Notes: generated from the letters alone by a model not told the origin. 63,827 nt of DNA, filler included, from Octopus bimaculoides (GCF_001194135.2; 6 parts of 5 records of this genome joined end to end with filler, not necessarily neighbours in it); one strand, 5' to 3'. Positions 1-14,449 are shown, numbered from the whole stretch's first letter. Numbers and translations: made by a program.

Positions 1-36
<36 letters not shown>

Positions 37-61
37 AACATACATACATACATATAATCAT

Positions 62-107
<46 letters not shown>

Positions 108-220
108 ACACACAATTCTTTTTTGGGAACAGTGGATCTCAAAGCATATCACAATAATGTATAAATGATACCGTGTAAATATTGGATTGTAAAACCTTTT
201 GGCTAGAAAAAAAAAATCAA

Positions 221-290
221 AGGCTACCCGTGGGACTCGAACCCGAAACAAATGAAGGCATGACAGGCATTTTACCATTGGATTAGAAGA
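221..290 (-). other. tRNA-like / SINE-head relic
   Basis: Minus strand has an A-box-like TAATCCAATGG and a T-arm GGG-TTCGAGT-CCC; a full cloverleaf cannot be built. Confidence 0.3.
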
Positions 291-673
291 TTGCTTTGAC
301 ACGAACCGTGCAGTCAGTAAACAAAAACTTGTATGAGTGTTCACAAGCCAATAATTAATGATCAAGGGAGACTATTCCAATAAAATCAATTGATTGAATT
401 TTAATGGAATAAAAATGGGATACACCGAATACCGCGTTACTCGCCTTCATTGAGATCCTCTCACACCGGCGCTTAGTTCATAAAAGCACACATATAGATT
501 GTAGCAGACGGAAATCGTCATGGGATACAGAAACTTCTATATCACGTGATTTCATATTATATATATTGACATTATATATATATACATATTATATATATAT
601 CAGGGGCATGCGGTGATCTTTCTGGTTGGGGAAGCAGTGATCAAAATTCCCTGTCACAGATATTTAAATCAAA

Positions 674-890
674 TTCTTTTCTACTGTAGGCACAAGACCC
701 AAAAGTTTTGGGGTGGGAGGCCAGTCGATTAGATCGATCCAGTGCGCAACTGGTACTTCATTTATCGACCCCCGAAAGGATGAAAGGCGAAGTCGACCTC
801 GAAAGAATTTGAACTCAGAACGTTAAGACAGACGAAATGCCCCTAAGCATTTTGCCCGGAGTGCTAACGATTCTGCCAGCTCGCCGCCCT
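674..890 (-). mobile_element. SINE family C copy (head aaggcggcgagctggcagaa...)
   Basis: Core cgaccccgaaaggatgaaaggcaaagtcgacctcggcggaatttgaactcagaacg recurs at ~13090-14190 (several copies), 15130-15580 (tandem pair), 44755-44960, 45475-45690 and 59466-59575. Confidence 0.85.
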
Positions 891-2399
891 AACCAGTCTC
901 TAACAAAGATATTTAACTGTGGTTGAAAGCTACAAATTAAAATGCTTTCTAGTATACGTATGCATAGCATTTTTTGCTATCCTTGAAAAGCAAAGATACT
1001 GACACCAAAATTCAGAATGTGAATATTACATATCAAAATGCTACAATACATTTACTTACATCGGCACTCGATTCCAAAAGAAATAGAGTACAATTAAAAT
1101 CGACCAGGAATTTTATTTGTTATGTATGATATTGAGATTTATAAGTACAGTGACTCACGATTTTCGGAGGTTCAAAGATGGAATGCATTTAACTTGTTAA
1201 TTTGTTCTATATACAAATTACGGCAACCTCCACCTCATTTTTACAAGTTGATAAACGTTTCAACAAGAAACACACGGTGTGTACCGATTGAAACCATGAA
1301 GATAACTCAAAAACGAATGATAAGATATTAACTATATGAAGATAGCATTACCATCTGCCTAATTTTTCGAGCGCCATGTCAACTGTCGTGTAAAATATGA
1401 ATGGTTTTCGTATTTCATTTTGCCCATCTCTGGCTGAAGCTTAACATGCGAAATCAGCTAGGAATAAAGAGTTATTTCCCTTGCTTAAAAGAGTTTGCTC
1501 CCTTCAATTAAAATCCGCTTTCGGTTTTAGTTTTGGATTGCGGTAGATATTAGATTATTTAGAATAATATATATTGCATATATATATAATTCTTTTATTC
1601 TATAACTCGTTTCAGTCATTTAACTGCGGCCATGCTAGAGCATCGCCTTAAGGGGTTTTAGTCGAAGAAGTCGACCCCAGGACTTATTCTTTGTAAGCTT
1701 AGTACTTATTCTCTTTGGCCGAACCGCTAGGTTACTGGGAGATAAACGTATCAGCATCGGTTGTCAAGTGATGGCGGGGGTGGGGGGTGGGGAAGGACAA
1801 ACACACNNNNNNNNNNNNNNNNNNNNNNNNNNNNNNNNNNNNNNNNNNNNNNNNNNNNNNNNNNNNNNNNNNNNNNNNNNNNNNNNNNNNNNNNNNNNNN
1901 NNNNNNNNNNNNNNNNNNNNNNNNNNNNNNNNNNNNNNNNNNNNNNNNNNNNNNNNNNNNNNNNNNNNNNNNNNNNNNNNNNNNNNNNNNNNNNNNNNNN
2001 NNNNNNNNNNNNNNNNNNNNNNNNNNNNNNNNNNNNNNNNNNNNNNNNNNNNNNNNNNNNNNNNNNNNNNNNNNNNNNNNNNNNNNNNNNNNNNNNNNNN
2101 NNNNNNNNNNNNNNNNNNNNNNNNNNNNNNNNNNNNNNNNNNNNNNNNNNNNNNNNNNNNNNNNNNNNNNNNNNNNNNNNNNNNNNNNNNNNNNNNNNNN
2201 NNNNNNNNNNNNNNNNNNNNNNNNNNNNNNNNNNNNNNNNNNNNNNNNNNNNNNNNNNNNNNNNNNNNNNNNNNNNNNNNNATATACAAACATACATATA
2301 CACAAACATGACAGAAGTAGATAGACACCCTTATAATCGTTAACATTTATTTAAATCTGGAATTATACATTCAAATTATTTTATTATTATAACGTGAAT

Positions 2400-3340
2400 A
2401 TCTAACATTTTGTAGACACGCACGTTGCATTTTTTAATGCAAGGACCCCATTTAGACATGCTACTGATCAGATGACCAATATTCTCTCTGGAATTTCTTG
2501 CCAAGTTTCATGCAGTAATCTCAAAAGATCTGGCTTTGAGGATGCTTTCTTGTTTTTTCTTTTACGAAGTTTCTGTCCATTATACCCCATAGGTGTTCAA
2601 TAAGGTTCATATCTGGTGACTGGTTTGGCTATGGAATCTTTTTAATGCCGTTCCCTTCCATCCAATCTTGGGTCTTTTTAGTCGTATGACAAGGTGCCCC
2701 ATCTTCCATAAATAAAGAGTCTTCTTTACTCATTTCACCACTGGAAAAGATTGGAAGGAGTCCTTTCTGAAATATGGACGCATATATATCTTAGTTTATG
2801 TTTTCCTCACACTCTACCAGCTCTGATCGACCATTGCTCCAAATTGTTCCCCAGACCATCACAGAACACCTGCCGTGTTTCATTGTTGGCTGCAATCTTT
2901 TCACGTCAAATTTTTGATCACAGATTCTCCAGACCCCAAACTTGACCACTGTCGGAAAATACAGCAAAATCTGTACTCATAAGAGAATATGACAGTGTTC
3001 CAAAATGCTAGCGGCCTCTCCACCATCTCATTGGCCCAATATTTTCTCCGCTTGATATTGGCTGGTCGAAGAAGTAGCTTCACTCTTGATACTCTGCACT
3101 AGTAGCCAGGTTTGTGGAGACACCTGACAGCTGTTCTGGGATAGATATCAACTTGTTCTGCTATGTCAGAAGCATTGCTACGAGGATTATCCTCCACACT
3201 TCTCTTAAGAAAACGAAGGGTCCTGTCAGAGGGCCTTGGTCGACCTGGGCGAGGTGATGTGGACTCTTTCCTCTCTCTTGTGAATTTCAGAATTAACTGT
3301 AGAAAGCGGGATCCCAAGGTCTTCTACGATTTTACGCTAA
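2400..3340 (-). mobile_element. Decayed Tc1-family (DD34E) transposase
   Basis: Minus-strand fragments PRPGRPR (HTH region), WNTVIFS, VMVWG, and EDGAPCHTTKKTQDWMEGNGIKKIP*PNQSPDMNLIEHLW, with 34 residues between the D and the E; stops and frameshifts; TIRs not resolved. Confidence 0.85.
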
Positions 3341-3846
3341 GTCCACCTTCAGATTGACCCACAATACAGCATCTTTGAAATTCGAACAGTTCCAAAACTT
3401 CCTTTTTGTGCGTGGCATGATTAAACAGACACATATTGAACTCGAAAAATAAAAATGTTAATTAATAAAAAAAAAAAAATGAACCTTTTGAAGTTAAAAT
3501 AAACATAAAGCGATGTTTTATGGGGCGTCTATTTACTTCTGTCATATATATATATATAATATATATTTGCCAATTAAATGTGGCGGTCCTATAGAGGACG
3601 GCGCTACTGTTGCTTTAACCTTAGGCAGACATCCGCTCCAGCTGGCCAACGACATACATTCTGTGTCCAATTGATATTTGCAATCTCTAGCCTTACGTGA
3701 CATACACAGACCCGAATTTCTGGGTGGTTACCCGTCTTCAGTGTGTGTTAATCACTGGCTCGTGATGAAGAACTCATTCCACTCGTAAAATACTATATCA
3801 TTTTTCGAGCGACACATTGTAGCTGATCTCGTAATGTATATATATA

Positions 3847-3945
<99 letters not shown>

Positions 3946-4049
3946 CTATATATACCTACATATATATACATATACCTATACATACATATATACATACATA
4001 CACACATACATACATGGTGGCCGGCTACTCGTGACCGAGGTACACCATT

Positions 4050-4672
4050 GCTGACCTTCAGATGAGCAGAGGTCAGCAATGCCTGTGCAGAGTTTTAGGT
4101 CCAATAAGGCTTGCACGACACCTCATAGGCCCTCTCCACTTTAATGGCATTACCCAGAGACAAGCCAGAGCGAGTTGTCTGGTGCCAACATGAGTCGCAC
4201 GCTCAGGAATGTGGGAGCGCCATGATCTCTAGCACAAACTAAAGATCCCCAAAATGTCCAATGCCATTCCCTGCATATCTGGTTTTATATCAGCGTGACC
4301 TTCTTCTAGAGACATACTTCAACAGAAGCTGAGAGATGCCTCACTTCCAGTGGTCTTCTAGCACACCGGGCACCATCCGGAATTTCAACGTACCCATGCT
4401 ACTGCTAGATAGCCGTTGAGCCTGCACTAGGTTCATCTGGCCTTTCAACAAGTCTTGTTTTTAATCCTGCTGGATTTCTAGCAACCCTCCTCACCAGGGT
4501 AGTCAAGTAGGGGTGCCGGTTTAGTCGCCGACAACCCGACCATGCAACAGGTTGTACTGGTTTCCATGTTACCAGTAGCACTTTTGAGAACCTCGTAGGT
4601 GACCTGACATAACATACCTGTCATACATACATACATACATACATACATACATACATACATACATACATACAT
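4050..4672 (+). mobile_element. 5'-truncated 3' end of an RTE-family LINE with (CATA)n tail
   Basis: Reverse-complement match over ~550 bp to 42690-43240, which directly follows RTE RT coding sequence; ends in (CATA)n at 4622-4672. A third fragment lies at 63395-63482. Confidence 0.75.
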
Positions 4673-4810
4673 GATGGCTGCCTCCTCGTTATCGAGTATG
4701 GCCATTGCACNNNNNNNNNNNNNNNNNNNNNNNNNNNNNNNNNNNNNNNNNNNNTTAATTAATTAANNNNNNNNNNNNNNNNNNNNNNNNNNNNNNNNNN
4801 NNNNNNNNNN

Positions 4811-5037
4811 CACAGACATACATCTTTAACGCTACAATAAATATCTCTGTTATTCATCTAATACGGTTGTGGTCTTTCATTACTGGTCATCTATGTTATC
4901 GTCGTATAACATATCTATATCATCATTTGATATATATATTTTGTGTTCGACCGTGTGACGCGTTTAAATAAAAGGAGTCCTGTTTTTCCATTCGTCACCA
5001 TATCACCTTTTTTAAGTTCGCACGGTCGTCCCTTACA
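4811..5037 (+). mobile_element. 3' part of an LTR related to the solo LTR at 45767-46877
   Basis: aataaa..ttattcatct..cggttgtg and tttgtgt(t)cgaccgtg..aaaaggag..ttccattcgtcaccat..cacggtcgt..taca match the reverse complement of 45767-45960; ends in CA; the 5' side is lost in a gap. Confidence 0.55.
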
Positions 5038-5496
5038 TATGCATACACATAAGCACGCCTCTGTTTGCATATTACCTTGTCTCCTTGGTATACCCACCAG
5101 CATGCAAAATACACATAGCTAATCTTTGCACTCACACACGCGCGCGCGCACACTTATATTCAGTCATTATGTGCCTGTATTTGGATGCGCATATGCCCAC
5201 ACCCACCTACTCATCATATATGCACACACCAAGATACACATGCACACCCACTGGCACTCTTATACATGCGCATTCCACTCTTTACATACATACACGTAGC
5301 AATACGTGGACGCACACACTTACTCATTCACACACAATCTTCTACACTTTGGTACTCCTGTAGCAGGTGACTACTTTGAATCACACCATTCTTCCCGACT
5401 TCCACCTGTCACCTCTGCTTATCTGCTACTCGATCTTTAGAGTACCAAAACACACACACTGTACTTCTGCTGTTTCCCTTCTCTTACTGTACACTC

Positions 5497-5885
5497 AGTG
5501 GAGGCGCAATGGCCCAGTGGTTAGGGCAGCGGACTCGCGGTCATAGGATCGCGGTTTCGATTCCCAGACCGGGCGTTGTGAGTGCTTATTGAGCGAAAAC
5601 ACCTAAAGCTCCACGAGGCTCTGGCAAGGGATGGTGGCGAACCCTGCTGTACTCTTTCACCACAACTTTCTCTCACTCTTTCTTCCTGTTTCTGTTGTAC
5701 CTGTAATTCAAAGGACCAGCCTTGTCACACTGTGTCACGCTGAATATCCCCGAGAACTACGTTAAGGGTACACGTGTCTGTGGAGTGCTCAGCCACTTGC
5801 ACGTTAATTTCACGAGCAAGCTGTTCCGTTGATCGGGTCAACTGGAACCCTCGACGTCGTAAGCGACGGAGTGCCAACAACAACA
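5497..5885 (+). mobile_element. Full-length tRNA-derived SINE (family B) with 11-bp TSD
   Basis: A box TGGCCCAGTGG, B box GGTTTCGATTCC, (CAA)n tail; TSD actgtacactc at 5486-5496 and 5886-5896. Second full copy on - at 58632-59012; tail fragment at 58341-58380. Confidence 0.92.
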
Positions 5886-6914
5886 ACTGTACACTCTTCT
5901 CTGAAAAACGTTTTATACCATCAGCCATTTCCTTTCTACACCGCCTGTGCTACGCCTGGCCCGTTTCTTTTTCATTACAGTTATTTTAGCAGTTCCTTTT
6001 ACCAGTTTCTTATCATCCTCTGAATCACTTACGAACTCTCAGGATATTTTACAACTGCTGTGCAATTTTTATAGATTTCTAAAAATTCTCTTCTTTTCAT
6101 GGAATTCATACAATTGTATTTTCAATTTTTAAACTTCTTCGTTAAAAAGCATTTTCCCCACCTCTAAGTACTTATGTTAGACACCTGCACATAAATAAAA
6201 TCTTCCACCCTCTTTCTGACACCCCATGTGCTTCAGCAATGCTTTTATTCTTTCAAACTCGCATACGCTCTAATCTTCTCCCAAACAAGATTTCAAACCG
6301 CCCACCTAAAGACTACATACACACGCCAATACCCCAGCAAACCAGCGCCGCTAAACTAACTTGAGCATCACTATACACATAGAAACACCATACTAGCACA
6401 TACACCACTTTCCGCTATAGCCACTTACAATCGTACATGCTGTTCTTTATAGCTTCGTATGTACTTCCGGAACCAATTCCAAAAAAGAATTATTCCATGT
6501 TCTCTGGAAAGATTATAAATTCTTACGGCGTCAAAAGCACACTTATATATGCACAGTATAAAGATATTTATCCATTCTTATTATTAAAATAAATATCTAT
6601 ATGACAAAATTAGGATTAGTGAACAGGGTAGAATAGGGGAATAAAAAAACTATGATACTTGGGTTTTATTATTGATGTAATGAAATATATGTCTATGCTT
6701 ATAGTTTGTTTTCAAGGAACGAATATATTTATGTAGCGTGTCGATGGCAAATAAACTTAAACTTCTTCACAGGAAGTGAAATTATTCCTTTGAATTTAAC
6801 GAAAACATTTGCTAACCATACCAGACACTGTTTTATGAAAGCAATCAGCAGTTAAACTTTGTACGTATCTACTGGTAGTGCATCTGAAGGAATCACTTAC
6901 AGAGCAAGAATATC

Positions 6915-7338
6915 GGCGTAGGAGTGGCTGTGTGGTAAGTAGCTTGCTTACGAAGCACATGGTTCTGGGTTCAGTCCCACTGCGTGGCACCTTGGGCAAG
7001 TGTCTTCTACTATAGCCTCGGGCCGACCAAAGCCTTGTGAGTGAATTTGGTAGACGGAAACTGAAAGAAGCCCGTCGTATATATGTATATATAAATATAT
7101 ATATATATGCATGTGTGTGTATATGTTTGTGTGTCTGTGTTTGTCCCCCCAACATCACTTGACAAACGATGCTGGTGTGTTTACGTTCCCGTAAGTTAGC
7201 GGTTCGGCAAAAGAGACCGATAGAATAAGTACTAGGCTTACAAAGAATAAGTCCTGGGGTCGATTTGCTCGACTAAAGGCAGTGCTTCAGCATGACCACA
7301 GTCAAATAACTGAAACAAGTAAAAGAGTAAAAGAGTAA
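6915..7338 (+). mobile_element. Full-length tRNA-derived, CORE-like SINE (family A) with internal (TA)n(TG)n
   Basis: tRNA-like head ggagtggctgtgtggtaag..gggttcagtccc, CORE-like accttgggcaagtgtcttctactatagcctcgggcc, tail gaaacaagtaaaagagtaaaagag. Partial copies at 1610-1806(-), 19555-19710(-), 33798-34110(+), 48513-49250(+), 52195-52475(-), 55615-55698(+). Confidence 0.88.
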
Positions 7339-7721
7339 TGCCTAAATTAGATATTGAACTATTTGATTTCGCCTATAAAGAAGAAAATTCATTAAGTTCA
7401 GAATCTCTATCTCGAAAACTATATGTAATTAAGACTCATTGGTTTTCTTTCCTTCTCTCTTATTTTCCAAGTTTAATTATCCTCCAAGTTTAATATGAAG
7501 CTGATTACTTGAATATACTGCTTGATATAATTAACTGAGTACATATTAGTTTGTACTGATGACACGCAACATACAGAAACAGGCTGTTGAATGATGTAGG
7601 AGAAATATGAACGATGTAATACTAAATGTTTTTTGTCGCTTCCTTATAACATGAGTTTGAATAAGAAAAAAAAAAGGAATTATGTTCACATACTTTATAT
7701 TCACTAAAAATAGATAGATAA

Positions 7722-7789
<68 letters not shown>

Positions 7790-8682
7790 GCAGATAAATA
7801 GATAGATGCATAGATAGATATACAGATATATATATANNNNNNNNNNNNNNNNNNNNNNNNNNNNNNNNNNNNNNNNNNNNNNNNNNNNNNNNNNNNNNNN
7901 NNNNNNNNNNNNNNNNNNNNNNNNNNNNNNNNNNNNNNNNNNNNNNNNNNNNNNNNNNNNNNNNNNNNNNNNNNNNNNNNNNNNNNNNNNNNNNNNNNNN
8001 NNNNNNNNNNNNNNNNNNNNNNNNNNNNNNNNNNNNNNNNNNNNNNNNNNNNNNNNNNNNNNNNNNNNNNNNNNNNNNNNNNNNNNNNNNNNNNNNNNNN
8101 NNNNNNNNNNNNNNNNNNNNNNNNNNNNNNNNNNNNNNNNNNNNNNNNNNNNNNNNNNNNNNNNNNNNNNNNNNNNNNNNNNNNNNNNNNNNNNNNNNNN
8201 NNNNNNNNNNNNNNNNNNNNNNNNNNNNNNNNNNNNNNNNNNNNNNNNNNNNNNNNNNNNNNNNNNNNNNNNNNNNNNNNNNNNNNNNNNNNNNNNNNNN
8301 NNNNNNNNNNNNNNNNNNNNNNNNNNNNNNNNNNNNNNNNNNNNNNNNNNNNNNNNNNNNNNNNNNNNNNNNNNNNNNNNNNNNNNNNNNNNNNNNNNNN
8401 NNNNNNNNNNNNNNNNNNNNNNNNNNNNNNNNNNNNNNNNNNNNNNNNNNNNNNNNNNNNNNNNNNNNNNNNNNNNNNNNNNNNNNNNNNNNNNNNNNNN
8501 NNNNNNNNNNNNNNNNNNNNNNNNNNNNNNNNNNNNNNNNNNNNNNNNNNNNNNNNNNNNNNNNNNNNNNNNNNNNNNNNNNNNNNNNNNNNNNNNNNNN
8601 NNNNNNNNNNNNNNNNNNNNNNNNNNNNNNNNNNNNNNNNNNNNNNNNNNNNNNNNNNNNNNNNNNNNNNNNNNNNNNNNNN

Positions 8683-8736
<54 letters not shown>

Positions 8737-9367
8737 CACACACATACAAACACACACACACACATAAATACAAAGGTATCTCTGTGGCAACTTGAGCTAC
8801 TACATATAGCAGCGGAATCTCTCTTAAAACACACCTTTCATCAAAAGAAACAGATTTACAGTATTTCAAGAAGAAAATAGAAACTATGCGATGGGTCTCC
8901 TACATCAGAGGCAACTCTGGGATAAATAAAACACCGACAAACGTACTTTCCATTAAAAGATTATCTACTAAATAATACTAATAATGTTGACGGTATATCT
9001 TCGAAGTTTCATTCCCTGGTAAAAGTGCATGTATTTTAAACATTTTCTTTTTATAGTCTATGTAAGATATAGATAGTGTTCAGATAGAGTTGCCTCTCTT
9101 AACTAAAGACTTCAATATTGTGCGACCCGACCTCGTTTTCGAGGTTATTTTTGTAGTAAAAAAATGTTGTGCAGAAAACATACTTTATTTAGTAGCCGAA
9201 CATACGCGCGCACAAACACACACACATACACATACTCACACACAAACACTGTTTTATATTGATAGATTATATTATATCATATGTACATATATATGTGTAT
9301 ATATATATGTGTGTGTATGCATATATATATATCTATATACATCTATATATGTGTGTGTGTGTGTGTA

Positions 9368-9407
<40 letters not shown>

Positions 9408-9789
9408 NNNNNNNNNNNNNNNNNNNNNNNNNNNNNNNNNNNNNNNNNNNNNNNNNNNNNNNNNNNNNNNNNNNNNNNNNNNNNNNNNNNNNNNNNNNNN
9501 NNNNNNNNNNNNNNNNNNNNNNNNNNNNNNNNNNNNNNNNNNNNNNNNNNNNNNNNNNNNNNNNNNNNNNNNNNNNNNNNCACGCACATACACACACACA
9601 CATATATATGATGGATTCGCTCGTAGTGAACGACGGGGATGTAGTGAAATAAAACCGTAACCATGTTCTATGGACACGCACATATCTCTCTAGGACTGCT
9701 GGTGCCTTGCAAATCTTTTAGCAAGTAGAACAAGTTGAGCACTCCGTTTTTCTTCGAGTGCTTGTGGATCATGAGTAGATGGTAAGGTC

Positions 9790-10415
9790 TGCTTTCCTCT
9801 GTGCCACGAAATCACAATGATAGGCAAGGTTTCCTTTTAGAGGAGCGGTGTTTTTCTAGGGTCCATTCATGTTGCACGAATTAAGTCTCGATGTTGGAGC
9901 CAACTTTGCTCAAATCTTTGAACTGTTAAAAAGCAGAACAGATGATATATCCTGCGTTCTGATGCTTTGTTTTCCCAGGTAGGACAGGAAATGTTGCATC
10001 GCTTCAGATCACCTTCTAGTTTGTCTTTGAAACACAAGAGTGGCCTTCGAAATTACCTTCCTCATGGGAATTGACCAAAGAGAAGTTGCTTCGGAATTCT
10101 GATGTCAATCATACGTGAGAGATAACCTAACCATCTAAGCTGTATTTTGATGTTACCTGATACCTGATATGTTGGATTTTGTTGGCACTTCGTTGTTACG
10201 AATACGGTCACTCGGTGTTATCTTGGAGATATTACGCAAGCATTGCATATGAAAGGTCAAGCTGGTTGATGTGCTTTCGGTACAGGGTCCAAGAATCAAC
10301 ACCATAAAGTAATGATGTCAAAACAACCGCCTTGTACACATCGACTTTCAGCTTCAACAATACTTCGTGGATGTTCCAAAGCCTATGGTAAAGCTAACCG
10401 AAAGTGGAACTAACC
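9790..10415 (-). mobile_element. Decayed RTE-clade LINE, RT thumb/C-terminal region
   Basis: Minus strand reads ..RLWNIHEVLLKLKVDVYKAVVLTSLLYGVDSWTLYRKHINQLD..FHMQCLRNI..QLRWLGYLSRMIDIRIPKQLLFG..FKDKLEGDLKRC, a typical RTE C-terminal signature. Confidence 0.85.
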
Positions 10416-10631
10416 TTCTCGATTCTGGACTCAATTTCTATATCTATATTACCATGATTGGACTCAATGGAACTGAGATAAGTGAACGAGGAAACAGTTT
10501 TTAATACTTTCCCGTCAACGTATACAGTAGGAGCATACATATATATATATAGAGGGAGATATATTGAGAGATGTATGTACGCCTATGTCTGTGTGTATGT
10601 GTGCGTGAGTGTGTGTGTGTGTGTGTGTGGG

Positions 10632-10681
<50 letters not shown>

Positions 10682-12100
10682 TAGTACATGTACCTTTTAC
10701 AACAAAATTATATTAAATTTAAAACTTGCNNNNNNNNNNNNNNNNNNNNNNNNNNNNNNNNNNNNNNNNNNNNNNNNNNNNNNNNNNNNNNNNNNNNNNN
10801 NNNNNNNNNNNNNNNNNNNNNNNNNNNNNNNNNNNNNNNNNNNNNNNNNNNNNNNNNNNNNNNNNNNNNNNNNNNNNNNNNNNNNNNNNNNNNNNNNNNN
10901 NNNNNNNNNNNNNNNNNNNNNNNNNNNNNNNNNNNNNNNNNNNNNNNNNNNNNNNNNNNNNNNNNNNNNNNNNNNNNNNNNNNNNNNNNNNNNNNNNNNN
11001 NNNNNNNNNNNNNNNNNNNNNNNNNNNNNNNNNNNNNNNNNNNNNNNNNNNNNNNNNNNNNNNNNNNNNNNNNNNNNNNNNNNNNNNNNNNNNNNNNNNN
11101 NNNNNNNNNNNNNNNNNNNNNNNNNNNNNNNNNNNNNNNNNNNNNNNNNNNNNNNNNNNNNNNNNNNNNNNNNNNNNNNNNNNNNNNNNNNNNNNNNNNN
11201 NNNNNNNNNNNNNNNNNNNNNNNNNNNNNNNNNNNNNNNNNNNNNNNNNNNNNNNNNNNNNNNNNNNNNNNNNNNNNNNNNNNNNNNNNNNNNNNNNNNN
11301 NNNNNNNNNNNNNNNNNNNNNNNNNNNNNNNNNNNNNNNNNNNNNNNNNNNNNNNNNNNNNNNNNNNNNNNNNNNNNNNNNNNNNNNNNNNNNNNNNNNN
11401 NNNNNNNNNNNNNNNNNNNNNNNNNNNNNNNNNNNNNNNNNNNNNNNNNNNNNNNNNNNNNNNNNNNNNNNNNNNNNNNNNNNNNNNNNNNNNNNATATA
11501 TATATATATATATATATATAATGTACTGTTCCGTACTTGAAAAAGGATACATTAGATGAAGTCCTAGACACTCTATAGTTGGAAAATAAAACAGAATTGT
11601 TTTGGCTGTAATGCCTTCGATCATAGATCTGCTGGATCAGAGCTGATCTAAAGCTAAGCACCAATAGCAATGATAAATAAGAAAACAACAAAAATAAATA
11701 ATATCTCAACATGACTGATGCAACCCAATTTCTGAATCTTTATCGTTTTATTTTTTTTTAAATCGTTATTTGCTCTGTGTACGGTGAGGTCTGAAACGAT
11801 GATTTGCGTTTTTATTCTAAATACGTTCTGGCAGATTCAAACGAAAATATATAAGACACTGTTGTGTACGTCACAGGAGAACACACTCTGCTCATTTGTG
11901 CAAGGAATTCTGGGATACCGGTGTTTCGATATGTTGTGTCTCGTCAGCCAGAATACTCGAACTTTTTAGCCTAAAAGCCACTAGCTTTGCTTATAATTTC
12001 ACCGAACAAAATTGTTCGCTGATCAGTGCTTACATTTGTCAACCGAGAAAAGAAAGTGTTATTTGCACAGTGTATAATGAGATCTGAAATTATGATTTAT

Positions 12101-12173
12101 ATATCTATTCTTCAGGTTGATTCAATATCTATTCTTCAGGTTGATTCAATATCTATACGTTCAGGTTGATTCA
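12101..12173. repeat. Minisatellite 3 x 24 bp
   Basis: atatctattcttcaggttgattca twice plus one variant unit. Confidence 0.9.
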
Positions 12174-13089
12174 AACGCATATATGCTTGTCAAATACGTG
12201 GAGGCATGCTAGCACACTGCTGGCCTTCCAGTTAGCACGAGGATAAACACATTTGGCTTTCCTACATTTAGTTTGATTTAGTAAAACCCTACACATAAAC
12301 ATTTCAGTTTCTAAACCTCGTATGAACCTCTATCTCATTCTAACCATCTGTGTATAAATCCAGGCTTTACTAATATCGACATTTTTATAGATAAGTGGAT
12401 TATAGCACTGCTAGGAATAATGAGGTCGCATTTAACGGTCTGAATATTATCTGATTAAACAATGCGCCAATCCCACGTAGAATACACCTAATGATCCGCT
12501 TGCCTGCGGAATGCAATGCTTATCTCTTACGACTGTGGACCATGTAGGCCAATGATCTTACTGAATCTGATGGACTTACACAAACACTCTGATAATCTAC
12601 CATTGTTTATGCGATCATAAACAAATACATAAGTCCGCGTGGAACAATGGATATACGGACGAACAGTGAAAAGGTGCTAACATTAGACGTCTTGTCACTG
12701 TACGGTATGATGGGAGGGAAGGTATTTGTATATGAGTTCATGTAAATATAACTGCGCAAGGGTGCATCAATAGACATATAATCTGTGTATATTTGTGTGT
12801 TCATTCACCTTTATGTATATGGATAACTTCACATATAGGCCTGACCGTTTCTGCGTAGGCGGATATGTAACTGTATACACACCATAATAGACGTTTGCAA
12901 GTAGGATGGTGCGAGGTTATGCCGCATACTACATAACAATGCCTAGCGAGTACGGAAGTATTCATGAACACCTGCTTCGTCTGCCTAAGAGCAAGTCCTT
13001 TTGAAGCCAATAACATAAACCTAACAAAGGAAGGCACCATTATTTCAATTCACTATTGATATATTACAGTAGTAGCTATTCGTACTGTA

Positions 13090-14190
13090 GTTGATATATA
13101 TCATTATTACTATTATTCGACTTTGCTTTTCATCCTTTTGGGGTTGATAAAATAAAGATCAGTTGATCACTGGAGTCAATGTAATCGACTTCGCCCTTCC
13201 CCCAAAGTTGCTAGCCGTGTATCAAAGTTTGAAATCATTATTATTGCCAGTGTTAGGGCTACGTGCAGGCAGAATCGTTTGCACGCCGGGCGAAATACTT
13301 AGCAGCCTTCAGATTCCGCCGAGGTCGACTTTCATCCTTGCAGGATCGATTAAATAAGTATCAGTTACGCACTGGTGTTGATGTCATCGAATAGCACCCC
13401 CACACACACACAATTTCATGCCTTGTGCCTATAGTAGAAAGGATTATTATTCTTTTCTACTCTAGACACAAAACCCGAAATTTTATGGGAGGGGGCCAGT
13501 CGATTAGATCGACTCCAGTACGCAACTGGTACTTAATCTATCGACCTCGAAAGGATGAAAGACAAATTCGACCTCGGCGGAATTTGAACTCAAAACATAA
13601 AGACAGGCGAAATACCTATTTCGTTATTGCCCACAAGGGGCTAAACATAGAGGGAACAAACAAGAACAGACGAACGGATTAAGTCGATTACATCGAGACA
13701 CACACACACACACACACACGCACACACGAGTGCGTACACACACACACACATACGCACACAGAGTGCGTACACACATACATACAAACACACACGTATGGGA
13801 TGCATGTCGTAAGTACTGAAGATAGAACGTAACTGGTACTTAATTTATCGACCCCGAAAGGATGAAAGGCAAAGTCGACCTCGGCGGAATTTGAACTCAG
13901 AACGTAACGGGAGACGAAATACCGGTAAGCATTTCGCCCGGCGTGCTAACGTTTCTGCCAACTAGCCGCCTTAGTAAAGATTATTATTACCATTGTTAAG
14001 GCGGCGAGCTGGTAAAGATAGTAATACTCCAGACAAAATACTTAGCGATATTTCTTCTGGCTCTTTACATTCTCAGTTCAAATTCGGCTGAGGTCTACTT
14101 TGCTTTCCATCCTTTCGGAGTCAACGAGGTCAATGTAAACGACTAGCCTGCTCTCCACCCACCCAAATTTCTCGCCATTTGCCTATATTA
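13090..14190. mobile_element. Cluster of family C SINEs in alternating orientation
   Basis: + copy 13255-13445 joined tail-to-tail to a - copy ~13445-13615; - copy 13615-13972 split by a microsatellite; + copy 13998-14190 head-to-head with it. Confidence 0.8.
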
Positions 14191-14449
14191 GAAAAAATTA
14201 TTGTTGTCATTGTTGTTACTGTTGTAGCCGTCGATACTGTGGTTTTTGTCATCTTTCAGTCTTCGAAGTATCAGAGTTTTTTCTTTTACTTCTTTCCTCT
14301 CTACTGTGTATATATGTGCACAGTTGAGAGTGTTTACGAGTATCTATTTGTGTCTGCCTAAATATGTAAGAACGGGCGTTGTCTCCACCATCCTCTTTAC
14401 ATCGACCCTTTCTATCTTCTATTTATTCCATCCTACTACTTAGTACTCC

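Noticed and set aside
11784-12087. Cys-containing short ORFs as ectodomain exons
   Set aside because: No EGF/Ig/lectin Cys spacing and no suitable donor before the stop.
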